From Eledone cirrhosa (taxonomy: Eukaryota): a DNA stretch of 64,000 nt. Below, one piece after another: positions 25,858 to 38,052 of this stretch (the first letter of the stretch is position 1; each line of letters begins with the position of its first letter). The stretch covers positions 22,010,001 through 22,074,000 of the forward strand of contig OZ024761.1 of NCBI GenBank assembly GCA_964016885.1, in the 5' to 3' direction. The position numbers and the translations under genes were made by a program. The notes under the pieces are model-generated. The model was not told the DNA's origin. It searched no databases and worked only from the letters and a program-made list of their open reading frames with translations.

Positions 25858-26197
25858 TGGAGGCACATGGCTTAGTGGTTAGAGCATTGGCCTTGCAATC
25901 GAAAGGTTGTGAGTTCAATTCTCAGACCGGGTGATGTGTTGTTTCCTTGAGCAAGACACTTTATTTCACATTGCTCCTGTTTACTCAGCTGTAGAAATGA
26001 GATGATAGGGACTGTGGTCCCTATCATTCCACTGCAAAGTGGTCGTGGAGGTGCCACTGCAAAAAAGCACCCAGCACTCACTGTAAATGAGGTTGGTGAT
26101 AGGAAGGGCATCCAGCTGTAGAAATCAAGCCAGAATCAGTTCCCGTCCCACCCTTGCAAGCAGGGAAAAGCGGACGTAAAATGATGATGATGATGAT
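25858..26197 (+). mobile_element. Full-length tRNA-derived SINE (family A) with RTE-type 3' tail and (GAT)n end
   Basis: A box TGGCTTAGTGG, B box GAGTTCAATTC, CORE-like 'ccttgagcaagacact', tail ggacgtaaaa(tga)n. Further copies at 19021 and 26378. Confidence 0.88.
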
Positions 26198-26214
26198 ATC
26201 ATATTTAGGTTTGG

Positions 26215-26248
<34 letters not shown>

Positions 26249-26377
26249 CACACCATGTTTAGGTTTGGTCTCTATATATGTATATATGTATACACCATGT
26301 TTAGGTTTGGTTTCTATATATGTATATATATATATATATATATATCATGTTTAGGTTTGGTTTCTATATATGTATAT

Positions 26378-26687
26378 ATCATCATCATCATTTCATTTTA
26401 CGTCCGCTTCTCCCTGCTTGCAAGGGTGGGACGGGAACTGATTCTGGCTTCATTTCTACAGCTGGATGCCCTTCCTAACACCAACCTCACTTACAGTGAG
26501 TGCTGGATGCTTTTTTGCCGTGGCACCTCCACGACCACTTTGCATCTCATTTCTACAGCTGAGTAAACTGGAGCAATGTGAAATAAAGTGTCTTGCTGAA
26601 GGACACAACACATCACCTGGTCTGAGAATTGAACTCAACCTTTCCATTGCAAAGCCAATGCTCTAACCACTGAGCCATGTGCCTCCA
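26378..26687 (-). mobile_element. SINE family A copy lacking the internal hairpin
   Basis: Reverse complement of 25858-26197 without the segment atgatagggac...gtccctatcat. Confidence 0.88.
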
Positions 26688-26818
26688 TATATATATATAC
26701 CATATTTAGGTTTGGTTTCTATGTATTTATATCATGTTTAGGTTTGGTTTCTATGTATATATATCATGCTATTTCCCTCCTACCTTCCATCCATACTCTC
26801 TCTCTTTCCAAATATATA

Positions 26819-27081
26819 CAGGGTGCCCCCCCCCCCCCCCCCAAAAAAAAATTTAAACCTTTAAAATAATGTATTAAAATAATAAATTCTGTTTTATATG
26901 CATTATTTTATACATTATTTTTATTTTATACATTATTTTATACATTTATACATTTTTCAGTGTTTACATACAATTGATTTATGTGTGTAGATCATTTTAT
27001 TTTCGGGAAAGGCTGTGCATTCTAATAAATATTGCCTGTACAGGTAATTAAAGTATGTATACATTTTTGGGGGACACCCTG
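26819..27081. mobile_element. Tc1/mariner-type MITE with TA target-site duplication
   Basis: ta|CAGGGTGCCCC...GGGGACACCCTG|ta terminal inverted repeats. Confidence 0.78.
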
Positions 27082-27643
27082 TATATATGAGCTGGAGAAG
27101 GTCATCTGCTCTGGCTTGGCTCATGTCTGGACAACTCATCCAAACCATGCTCCCATGGAGAAATGGACATTAAATGGTGATATATAATATATATATCACC
27201 AAGGGCGGTGCCCCAGCATGGCCTCAGCCGGATGGCTGAAACAGGTAAAAGAGTAAAAGAGTATAATATATATATATATTGTTATACTTTGGGAGGGTCA
27301 TGTTGCCAATAAGAAACACACGCACCAGTTGCTTTCACTTCAATTTATTATATATTTATAAATTTATAAATTTACAAACGATTTCAGATAAAGAATCTTG
27401 CTAAACAAATTCAGAAACGAAATATATATATATGTTTGTGTGTATTGAATTATGAAAGTAAAACAAAAGTCAGAGATAGGTTCTTAATTAGTTCATTGTT
27501 TTACAATCATGCCAGAGGGTTGATTGATCATCGTAGATCAATATATTGACTAATAGGTAGTGGTTATGTCTCTACCTATTTCTAGTCTCAAAATCCCTGA
27601 TCCATCCCACCACCTTCCTTCAACCCTTCTGTATCGTTGTTGT

Positions 27644-27678
<35 letters not shown>

Positions 27679-27770
27679 TCCTGCTATATCAAGCGTTAAC
27701 CTAATATATCCTTTCCATATACTGTACCAATTGTGTTGTTATTTCTGTTTACCTTTTATATATATATATA

Positions 27771-27807
<37 letters not shown>

Positions 27808-27882
27808 ATGTATGTATGTATGTATGTATGTATATATATATATATATATATGTATGTATATATATATATATAGATATGTATG

Positions 27883-27930
<48 letters not shown>

Positions 27931-27946
27931 TGTATATGTATGTATA

Positions 27947-27982
<36 letters not shown>

Positions 27983-28018
27983 TGTATGTATGTATGTATA
28001 TATATATATATATATATG

Positions 28019-28063
<45 letters not shown>

Positions 28064-28100
28064 GTGTGTATATATATATATATATATGTATGTATGTGTG

Positions 28101-28131
<31 letters not shown>

Positions 28132-28156
28132 GTGTGTATATATATATGTATGTATG

Positions 28157-28326
<170 letters not shown>

Positions 28327-28524
28327 CACTGCCTTCAGTTGTGTTTTCTTACTGTCACACTTTATAACTTTATAACTGTTGTGTTTACTCTAGACAGTAA
28401 TGTATCAACATATCGCTATTGAGTGCTTTGTGATTGCCCCAAACAACTTGATTAGTACCTGCTATATGGCAGCTACAACTTTGATTCATACCTGATATAT
28501 ATATAAAATTTAATATAGAAATGG

Positions 28525-28571
28525 TTTCTACAGGACTAGAACTGTTTCATTTGTAAGTCATCATCAGGAAA
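28525..28571 (-). ncRNA. Hammerhead motif with intact core but decayed stem II
   Basis: Minus strand reads tttc-CTGATGA-tgacttacaaat-GAAA-cag(ttctagtc)ctg-TA-gaaa. Same family as the palindrome arms at 29242-29381. Confidence 0.6.
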
Positions 28572-28944
28572 TTCAGCTGTTGGTATTTATGTTTTCTGGT
28601 GGTTGGGGAAGGTGATGATTTTGAGGATGGGTAAAGGTTGTTAGCCAAGGGATTTTAAAGAACAGAATATTTATTGTAGTGTTATAATAGTTACACTTTA
28701 TTTCTGTATTGAGTACTTTTACTCCTTGTTTGGAAACTCAAACATTTGCATATGTATATATACAGAAACACACACAGTGTTCTGATCTGTTGTTCATAGT
28801 AACCACCAAGGAAAGAAAGAACTGAATGTTAAAAGCATGAGGTTGATAAAAAGAGATTCGCTCATATTCTTACAACATGGCCACGATGTTTCAGCAAAGT
28901 ATGTATTCACTAAAGTTCATCATGCTGAAGTTTGGTGAATACAC

Positions 28945-29381
28945 CCAGTCGATGTTGTAAAATGGTTTTGTTTTAGGAAGGGCATCCAGCTATAGAAAGG
29001 ATTCCCAAATGAGCAAGTGGTGGCCACCAAACCTGTCTAGTCTCAGAATATTACACCCCTTTCCAACTCCTGCAAGCAGGAAAAACAGACTTAAAACAAT
29101 GATAATGGTGGAAACAATTTTTATTACATTAAACGGGACATTATCAAGTAGCTATCAACATTATCACAGCAAGAGGGACATTATCCAGTAGCTATGAACA
29201 ATATCATGTCAAAGTACTCAGTACATTAGTAGAGCGTAAACATCAAATCTAATACAGAAATGGCTTCTACAGGACTAGAACTGTTTCATTCGAAAGAAAT
29301 TATCAAGAAAGCTTTCTTGATGATTGCTTTCGAATGAAACAGTTCTGGTCCTGTTGAAGCCATTTCTGTATTAAATTTGAT

Positions 29382-29438
<57 letters not shown>

Positions 29439-29993
29439 GTTATTTAATGTCCATCTTCCACTCTAGAATGGGTTGGACGGTTTTGTCGCACTTGAGGCAA
29501 GATTGGTCGGATGACTGTCTCACTCGTACAGAACTGTTTCTGGTTGGTTTTCTATAGCCAGATTCCCTTCCTAACACTAACCACATTTACAGTGTGGACT
29601 GGGAGCCTTTTTACTGTGTCTCCTACATGACCACATTACAGTGTGGACTGGGAACCTTTTTACTGTGTCTCCTACATGACCACATTTACAGTGTTGACTG
29701 GGAGCCTTTTCACTGTGTCTCCTTCATGACCACATTACAGTGTGGACTGGGAGCCTTTTTACTGTGTCTCCTTCATGACCACATTACAGTGTGGACTGGG
29801 AGCCAGTCGATGTTGTAAAATGGTTTTGTTTTAGGAAGGGCATCCAGCTATAGAAAGGATTCCCAAACGAGCAAGTGGTGGCCACCAAACCTGTCTAGTC
29901 TCAGAATATTACACCCCTTTCCAACTCCTGCAAGCAGGAAAAACAGACTTAAAACAATGATAATGGTGGAAACAATTTTTATTACATTAAACG
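28945..29993 (+). repeat. 191-bp direct duplication (28945-29135 and 29803-29993) of a SINE-A-like 3' half
   Basis: The two copies differ at one position that I could see. Confidence 0.85.
29242..29381. repeat. 140-bp loopless palindrome of two head-to-head degenerate hammerheads
   Basis: Centre aaag|cttt at 29311/29312; 70-bp arms with 5 differences. Each arm reads tttc-TTGAT(G/A)A...GAAA-cag...ctg-T(A/T)-gaag. Confidence 0.85.
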
Positions 29994-29994
29994 T

Positions 29995-30378
29995 CTATAT
30001 GGGGTCCAGAAACATGTATATGGGGTCTGTCATTACTCTGAACATATGTGACTAGTCCAGAAACATGTATATGGGGTCTGTCATTACTCTGAACATCTGT
30101 GACTAGCTCAGAAACATGTATATGGAGTCTGTCATTACTCTGAACATCTGTGACTAGCCCAGAAACATGTATATGGGGTCTGTCATTACTCTGAACATAT
30201 GTGACTAGCCCAGAAACATGTATATGGGGTCTGTCATTACTCTGAACATATGTGACTAGTCCAGAAACATGTATATGGGGTCTGTCATTACTCTGAACAT
30301 CTGTGACTAGCCCAAAAACATGTATATGGAGTCTGTCATTACTCTGAACATATGTGACTAGCCCAGAAACATGTATAT
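29995..30378. repeat. 60-bp tandem repeat, about 6 copies
   Basis: Unit ccagaaacatgtatatggggtctgtcattactctgaacatatgtgactag. Confidence 0.85.
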
Positions 30379-30502
30379 TTAGTATGTCCTTACTGTGGTA
30401 TAGTTTGAAGGTGACTTTATTTAACCTTTTTACTACCTCAACAGAAAAGACACCAGCCACAGCTATACAGCTACAATTCTATATACACTGATCTGCACTG
30501 TA

Positions 30503-30590
<88 letters not shown>

Positions 30591-30708
30591 CACACACACT
30601 TGGAAAGCAAATGTAAAGTGATTATATATATATAATCTTGCATGGGTTGGATAGGTTGTCCTTGTTTGAGACTTCACAGGTCAAAGAGTTTTGGTTAGCA
30701 TGTATGTT

Positions 30709-30741
<33 letters not shown>

Positions 30742-31020
30742 GTGTCTTTTTGTGATCTAACAAACTCCATCCTCTATTGTTACTATATACCCTATATATA
30801 CAGCAATTATATATCCTGTATATATAGTACAAACACACACACAGACACACATATATATATATATAGTATATGTACAGCATATATCCTGTATATATAGTAC
30901 ACACATATATACACTGTATGTTCAGCCATATTCAGACATATTTAATTCTGTTTGCTGGGCATTAGAAGGCAGCCAACCTGCAGAATGTTTTAGCAATAAA
31001 ATGGTTATCAAACAAGATTT

Positions 31021-31034
31021 ACCAGCCAGTCACC

Positions 31035-31066
<32 letters not shown>

Positions 31067-32025
31067 CACCACCACCAGCCAGTCACCACTACTACTACTA
31101 CCACCACCACCACCACCACCACCAGCCAGTCACCACTACTACTACTACCACCACCACCACCACCACCAGCCAGTCACCACTACTACTACTACCACCACCA
31201 CCACCACCACCAGCCAGTCACCACTACTACTACTACCACCACCACCACCACCACCAGCCAGTCACCACTACTACTACTACTACCACCACCACCACCACCA
31301 GCCAGTCACCACTACTACTACTACCACCACCACCACCAGCCAGTCACCACTACTACTACTACTACCACCACCACCACCACCACCAGCCAGTCACCACTAC
31401 TACTACTACCACCACCACCACCAGCCAGTCACCACTACTACTACTACCACCACCACCACCAGCCAGTCACCACTACTACTACTACCACCAGCACCACCAC
31501 CACCACCATCACCACCACCACCACCACCACCAGCCAGTCACCACTACTACCACTACTACTACCACCACCAGCCAGTCACCACTACTACTACCACCACCAT
31601 CACCACCACCACCACCACCACCACTATCACTACCACTACTACCACCACCACCACCACCAGCCAGTCACCACTACTACTACCACCACCAGCCAGTCACCAC
31701 TACTACTACCACCACCACCACCACCATCACCACCACCACCACCAGCCAGTCACCACTACCACTACCACTACTACCACCACCACCACCACCACCAGCCAGT
31801 CACCACTACTACTACCACCACCACCACCACCACCATCACCACCACCACCACCAGCCAGTCACCACTACTACTACCACCACCATCACCACCACCAGCCAGT
31901 CACCACTACTACTACTACCACCACCACCACCAGCCAGTCACCACCACCACCACTACCACCACCACCAGCTAGTCACCACTACCACTACTACCACCACCAC
32001 CACCACCACCACCACCACCACCACC
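31021..32025. repeat. (CCA/CTA)n tract punctuated by cagccagtca
   Basis: Read directly from the sequence. Confidence 0.93.
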
Positions 32026-32076
32026 ATCTCTCTCTTGTCAATCTTACTGTGGTTATGTTTCTCATTCGATGCTATA

Positions 32077-32118
<42 letters not shown>

Positions 32119-33256
32119 AAGTGGTTGGTGGTGGTGGTTGCTCTCTCTCTATCACTGCTGTCTATTGTGATGCCCCCCCCCCCTCCCTCTGCTAGTCTAA
32201 AGTATCACTTAGAACAAAGAAGAAAGAATTAGTGAGAAGTGGTGTGGAATACCAGACTAGAGAGAGGGGGAGGGGGGATAGCAGGGAGAGAGAGAGAGAG
32301 GGGGAGGGGGGATAGCAGGGAGAGAGAGAGAGAGAGGAACACCACATCACATGCTGATCATTAATATAGTTAATATCATCATCTAGTCATCTGTTGAATG
32401 AGAATGGCAATGAGGTGACGGAATCAATTTTTTTTTACCAAACCTGTGTCTGCCTCTCTCCCTCTCTCTCTTTCTTTCTATCTCTCTCTCACTGTCCTTC
32501 TCTGTTTCTGCCTCTCTACCTGAATGTGTGTCTCTCTCTACCTGTCTGCCTCTCTCTCTCTGTTTCACTCTTGGTCTGACTATTCTATCTATCTTTCATA
32601 TATTTATATATGTGTATGTATGCATGTGTGTACATCTATATATATATATATATAAAAACGTATGCTTATACATGTGTGTATGTGTATACATATTTGTATC
32701 TGTATGTATGTGTATATGTATATATTCCTCTCTGAAATCATCTAGACATAGGCAGTGTTCTTCGTTAGAAATATTGTAGCAAAAGGGTTACAAGATTATA
32801 GGATTTGGGTTAAGAAACGAATGGTAACCCTTTTGATGCTGGCCTCATCAAAACCAACTCTGGTTTTATGAAACAAAGGCACCAATTCTAAAAGATTCCT
32901 ATTTAAATTGAAATCTTCCAACTTTCTATAAGAACCATATGTTTGGTTAAGTCCCTCATTAGAAATATGGTAAATATCCTAACGAAAGAGTTACAACATG
33001 TTTTCTTGTTATCAGTTTAATTATCTCTCACCATGTGTGGAACTTTGTTAGGAAATCCGTTTATATGGAGAAGGGACTGGGGAGGAGAAAAAGGGATTAA
33101 ACAGAAATAAGGGTTCTAACTCCTTTACCTAAACGTTCTGGTTAATTTTTTAAACAAAGAATTTTTTGGTTTTCTGTCAAATAATTCCTCCAATATGAAA
33201 TGACAGGAATTCTATCAAATGAATCTAATGTTATGAGAGAAGGTTTATATTGGAAT

Positions 33257-33550
33257 GTGGTGGCACATGGTCTAGTGGTAAGGGTGTTGGAATTAGGGAT
33301 CATAATGTCATGGGTTCAATTTCTGGACTGGGTTATGTGTTGTGTTCTTGAGCAAAACACTTCATTTTACATTGCTCCAGTATACTCAGCTGAAAACGAG
33401 TACCAGCAGTAATTAGCTGGGGATTTAACCCTATGATGGACTGGCGTCCTGTCCAGGGAGGGAGTCGTGTACTCTCAGTGACTTAAAACCATGGAAACCA
33501 GGATAAGTACTGGCCTGATGAGCGTCTGGGCTTCGGACAGACTCTAGACT
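33257..33550 (+). mobile_element. tRNA-derived SINE (family B)
   Basis: A box TGGTCTAGTGG, B box GGTTCAATT, CORE-like segment, then 'aaccctatgatggactggcgtcctgtccaggg'. Inverted copy at 12790-13032. Confidence 0.82.
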
Positions 33551-34177
33551 TATATTGGAATTAAGTACTTTAAGATAAGTTTTGTATCAGAAACGGGGCC
33601 AGTTTTAGAAGAGCTGCTATCAAAAGAAACATTCTTTTTTATACCTGAATCTGACCCTCATTCAATAATTAAAACAAACTATTTCCTTGAAATTGTTTTT
33701 ATATTTATCAGGAAACCTTCCATCATAATTTTATGTAAGAACCTTTGTTAAGTGATGTTCCAAACACTACCTTAATAACGAGAAAGTTATATTACTTAAA
33801 TCGTTCCAAATTCTTTATTTTCTTCTATCCCAAGTATTGAGTACTCTACTGAATAATAGTCTTACTAGTTCTGATCTCTCTCTCTCTCTCTATTGTTTTC
33901 AAAGCCATATCAATATTCTAGGCAATAATCTTTCATCTAAAATATGGTAATGAAAAGGTTAAAAGTTAAACATCTTAGATTTCTCTCTGTTGTGCCAGAG
34001 ATCTATAATGTTATATGTTATCTATTATATATTTTGTTACACCATTCTCAATCCTTGCTAACAGGGTCTGTGTGTGTTGTTGTTATTATTACACAATATT
34101 CTTTCTCACTTGTTATGGAGGAAGAATGACCTACTCTATCCCTATTATCTAGTTTTTCTCTATTGATTGCCGTGGGA

Positions 34178-34406
34178 ATAATAATAATAATGGATTTCTA
34201 CTATAGGCACAAGGCCAGTAATTTGGGGGAAGAGGAAAGTCAATTAAATCCACCCCAGTACATTACTGGTACTTTATTTTATCGACCCCGTAAGGATGAA
34301 AGGCAAAGTTAACCTCGGCGGGATTTGAACTCAGACCATAAAGGGACATGACTCTATGTTGCAAAGCATGGTGTCCGACGACTCTCTACCGATACTGCCA
34401 ATCCAT
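34178..34406 (-). mobile_element. SINE family C copy
   Basis: Near-identical to the copies at 5166-5593. Confidence 0.85.
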
Positions 34407-34470
34407 AATAATAATAATAATGATTTCTTTATTAACCACAAGGGTTGACACAAAGTAGACATTAAAGACA

Positions 34471-34935
34471 ATACTGGACGGTACAGGATGGTACAGGATG
34501 GTACAGGACGGTACAGGATGGTACTGGACGGTACAGGACGGTACAGGACAATACTGGACGGTACAGGACAGTACAGGACGGTACAGGACGGTACTGGACG
34601 GTACAGGACAATACAGGACGGTACAGGACGGTACTGGACGGTACAGGACGGTACAGGACGGTACTGGACAGTACAGGACGGTACAGGACGGTACTGGACG
34701 GTACTGGACGGTACAGGACGGTACAGGACGGTACAGGACGGTACAGGACAGTACAGGACGGTACAGGACAATACAGGACGGTACAGGACAGTACAGGACG
34801 GTACAGGACGGTACAGGACAGTACAGGACGGTACAGGACAATACAGGACAGTACAGGACAGTACAGGACGGTACTGGATGGTACAGGACGGTACTGGATG
34901 GTACAGGACGGTACAGGACGGTACAGGACGGTACA
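34471..34935. repeat. 10-bp minisatellite gtacaggacg, about 46 copies
   Basis: Read directly from the sequence. Confidence 0.95.
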
Positions 34936-35748
34936 AATGGGCATTTCTGCATGTAAAAAAAACAAAAAAAACAGGATGTAACAAAAAATAGAAACAATGA
35001 AAAATGTTTACATGACACCACACCACATTACACCACACTACACCACACCACATTACACTACACCACACACACTAAAACCACACCACATTACACCACAACA
35101 CACTACACCACACTACATTACACCACACCACACTACATTACACTACACCACACCACACCACACTACACCACACCATACCACACCACACCACATTACACCA
35201 CAACACACTACACCACACCACACCACATTACATGGTACCATATTACACCACACCACACTACATTACATGGCACGACACTACAACACACTATACCACTATG
35301 TGTTTATGTATTTGTGTATGTTTATATATGTGTGTCAATGTATTTATGTATGTTTGTGTATAAGTATCTATGTATTTGTGTATGTTTGTGTATAAAGTAT
35401 CTATGTGTATGTTTGTGTATATGTATCTATGTGTATGTTTGTATGTATGTAAATTAGTTTGTATGGATTATATTTGTTTGTTGTATGCATAACTTTAAAA
35501 TACTTTTATATTAAATCTTTCACCGAAATAGTTTGGTTGAGAAGGAAATAGTTTTGCTGGTAAATGTGGTTGGTGTTAAGAAGGGCATCAAGTTGTAAAA
35601 TACCTGGCCACATTTATAGTCCTCACCGGAGCAAGGTGCAACATGGACTACCACGGCCCAGCATGGGTGACCTGTCTAATCCATGGTGGGATGGATGACC
35701 TGTCTAACCCATGGTGGGATGGATGACCTGTCTAACCCATGGTAGGAT

Positions 35749-36661
35749 GGTTGAGAATGAAATAGTTTGGTTGAGAATGAAATAGTTTGGCTGAGAATGA
35801 AATAGTTTGGTTGAGAATGAAATAGTTTGGCTGAGAATGAAATAGTTTGGCTGAGAATGAAATAGTTTGGTTGAGAATGAAATAGTTTGGTTGAGAATGA
35901 AATAGTTTGGTTGAGAATGAAATAGTTTGGCTGAGAATGAAATAGTTTGGCTGAGAATGAAATAGTTTGGTTGAGAATGAAATAGTTTGGTTGAGAATGA
36001 AATAGTTTGGCTGAGAATGAAATAGTTTGGCTGAGAGTGAAATAGTTTGGCTGAGAGTGAAATAGTTTGGCTGAGAATGAAATAGTTTGGTTGAGAATGA
36101 AATAGTTTGGCTGAGAATGAAATAGTTTGGCTGAGAATGAAATAGTTTGGCTGAGAATGAAATAGTTTGGTTGAGAATGAAATAGTTTGGTTGAGAATGA
36201 AATAGTTTGGCTGAGAATGAAATAGTTTGGTTGAGAATGAAATAGTTTGGTTGAGAATGAAATAGTTTGGCTGAGAATGAAATAGTTTGGTTGAGAATGA
36301 AATAGTTTGGTTGAGAATGAAATAGTTTGGCTGAGAATGAAATAGTTTGGTTGAGAATGAAATAGTTTGGTTGAGAATGAAATAGTTTGGTTGAGAATGA
36401 AATAGTTTGGTTGAGAATGAAATAGTTTGGTTGAGAATGAAATAGTTTGGTTGAGAATGAAATAGTTTGGCTGAGAATGAAATAGTTTGGCTGAGAATGA
36501 AATAGTTTGGCTGAGAATGAAATAGTTTGGCTGAGAATGAAATAGTTTGGTTGAGAATGAAATAGTTTGGCTGAGAGTGAAATAGTTTGGTTGAGAATGA
36601 AATAGTTTGGTTGAGAATGAAATAGTTTGGTTGAGAATGAAATAGTTTGGTTGAGAGTGAA
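35749..36661. repeat. 20-bp minisatellite tgagaatgaaatagtttgg(c/t), about 45 copies
   Basis: Read directly from the sequence. Confidence 0.97.
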
Positions 36662-37261
36662 AGAATGAGATTGAAACAGAATTGAGAACGAAAGACAGTT
36701 GAGAATAAAAGAATAAGAAGAAAATAAATTAGCTGAGAATGTAGGAATAAGAAGGAAATAAAGATGAGAATGAGAATGAAGATAAAGATGATAATGGAAA
36801 TATAAGTGAGAGGCTTGTGTTGTCTGTGAGAGAGTGCTAACCTCCATCATCACCCCCTGTTTTAGTGGCATAGGTTGTAGGTTGTCGTTTAGTCAATATC
36901 GATTGAAACAGATAGCAGAAAATAGCATTGCTTTCTGGATATTTAATATAGCTATCTCTTTACTGAAATTATGTGTATGTACTCTGGCTGTAGCTCTACT
37001 GTACTCTGGCTGTAGCTCTACTGTACTCTGGCTGTAGCTCTACTGTACTCCTATGGTGTGTGGCTCTCTCTCTCATATACACACTCTCTCTCTCTCTCTC
37101 TCTTGTCTAAACCAAACATCAGCACCACCCTCATCATCAGCAGTCTCCCTTTTTTTCCTTCTAATCTTTCACTGGTTTCATACAGCACACCTCCAGCTGT
37201 TGGTCCTCATACGTAGACAAGATAGAGAAGGACAAAGGGATGTGCAGGATTTAGCACATGT

Positions 37262-37294
<33 letters not shown>

Positions 37295-37724
37295 TATGTT
37301 CTATTGTAGGCAGAGTCAGTCTGTCAGTGATGGCTGCTCTGCTGTTCTGTAAAAGTTACTATGTTAATTAATCACATGTGTGTAGGCAAACTGGTTTTTA
37401 ATGACACAGCACAACCAATGATGATGATGATTGTTTTTATTTTTAATTTTTATATGTAATTATTTATTACACTGTTTATATTCCTGGACCTTCCTACTGT
37501 TTCTAGTGCTTATCAGGTGCACTCTAACCCTTTGTCATCACTGTCACTCTTGTAATATCTTCACTACCACCACAACCACCACCTTACCTCTAACCCTTTG
37601 TCATCACTGTCACTCTTGTAATATCTTCACTACCACCACAGCCACCACCTTACCTCTCTTATTTAAATGATTTCAAATGGTTCAACACTGCCACCATCCT
37701 AACATGAACCATGTTGATGTATTA

Positions 37725-38052
37725 AGTGTATTTTATTGTGGCCTCAGCACTATCACTTTACAGAGTGTACTGGGTGTATTTTATTGTGGCCTCAGCACTA
37801 TCACTTTACAGAGTGTACTGGGTGTATTTTATTGTGGCCTCAGCACTATCACCTTACAGAGTGTACTGGGTGTATTTTATTGTGGCCTCAGCACTACCAC
37901 TTTACAGATTGTACTGGGTGTATTTTATTGTGGCCTCAGCACTACCACTTTACAGAGTGTACTGGGTGTATTTTATTGTGGCCTCAGCACTACCACTTTA
38001 CAGTGTATTTTATTGTGGCACCAGCACTATCACTTTACAGAGTGTACTTGGG
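37725..38052. repeat. 45-bp minisatellite, reverse-strand member of the 'cactctgtaaagtg' family
   Basis: Unit gtgtattttattgtggcctcagcactatcactttacagagtgtactgg. Confidence 0.88.

Noticed and set aside
25858-25935. tRNA gene
   Set aside because: A and B boxes are present but there is no full cloverleaf; it is the SINE head, repeated at several loci.
28902-28943. Small hairpin next to a TGATGA...GAAA remnant on the minus strand
   Set aside because: The core is incomplete and stems I and II do not pair, so it is too decayed to call.
33490-33545. GAAA...CTGATGA in the SINE B tail (also near 12792, minus strand) as a hammerhead
   Set aside because: No consistent three-stem fold with a UH cleavage site could be drawn; it is part of the SINE tail.
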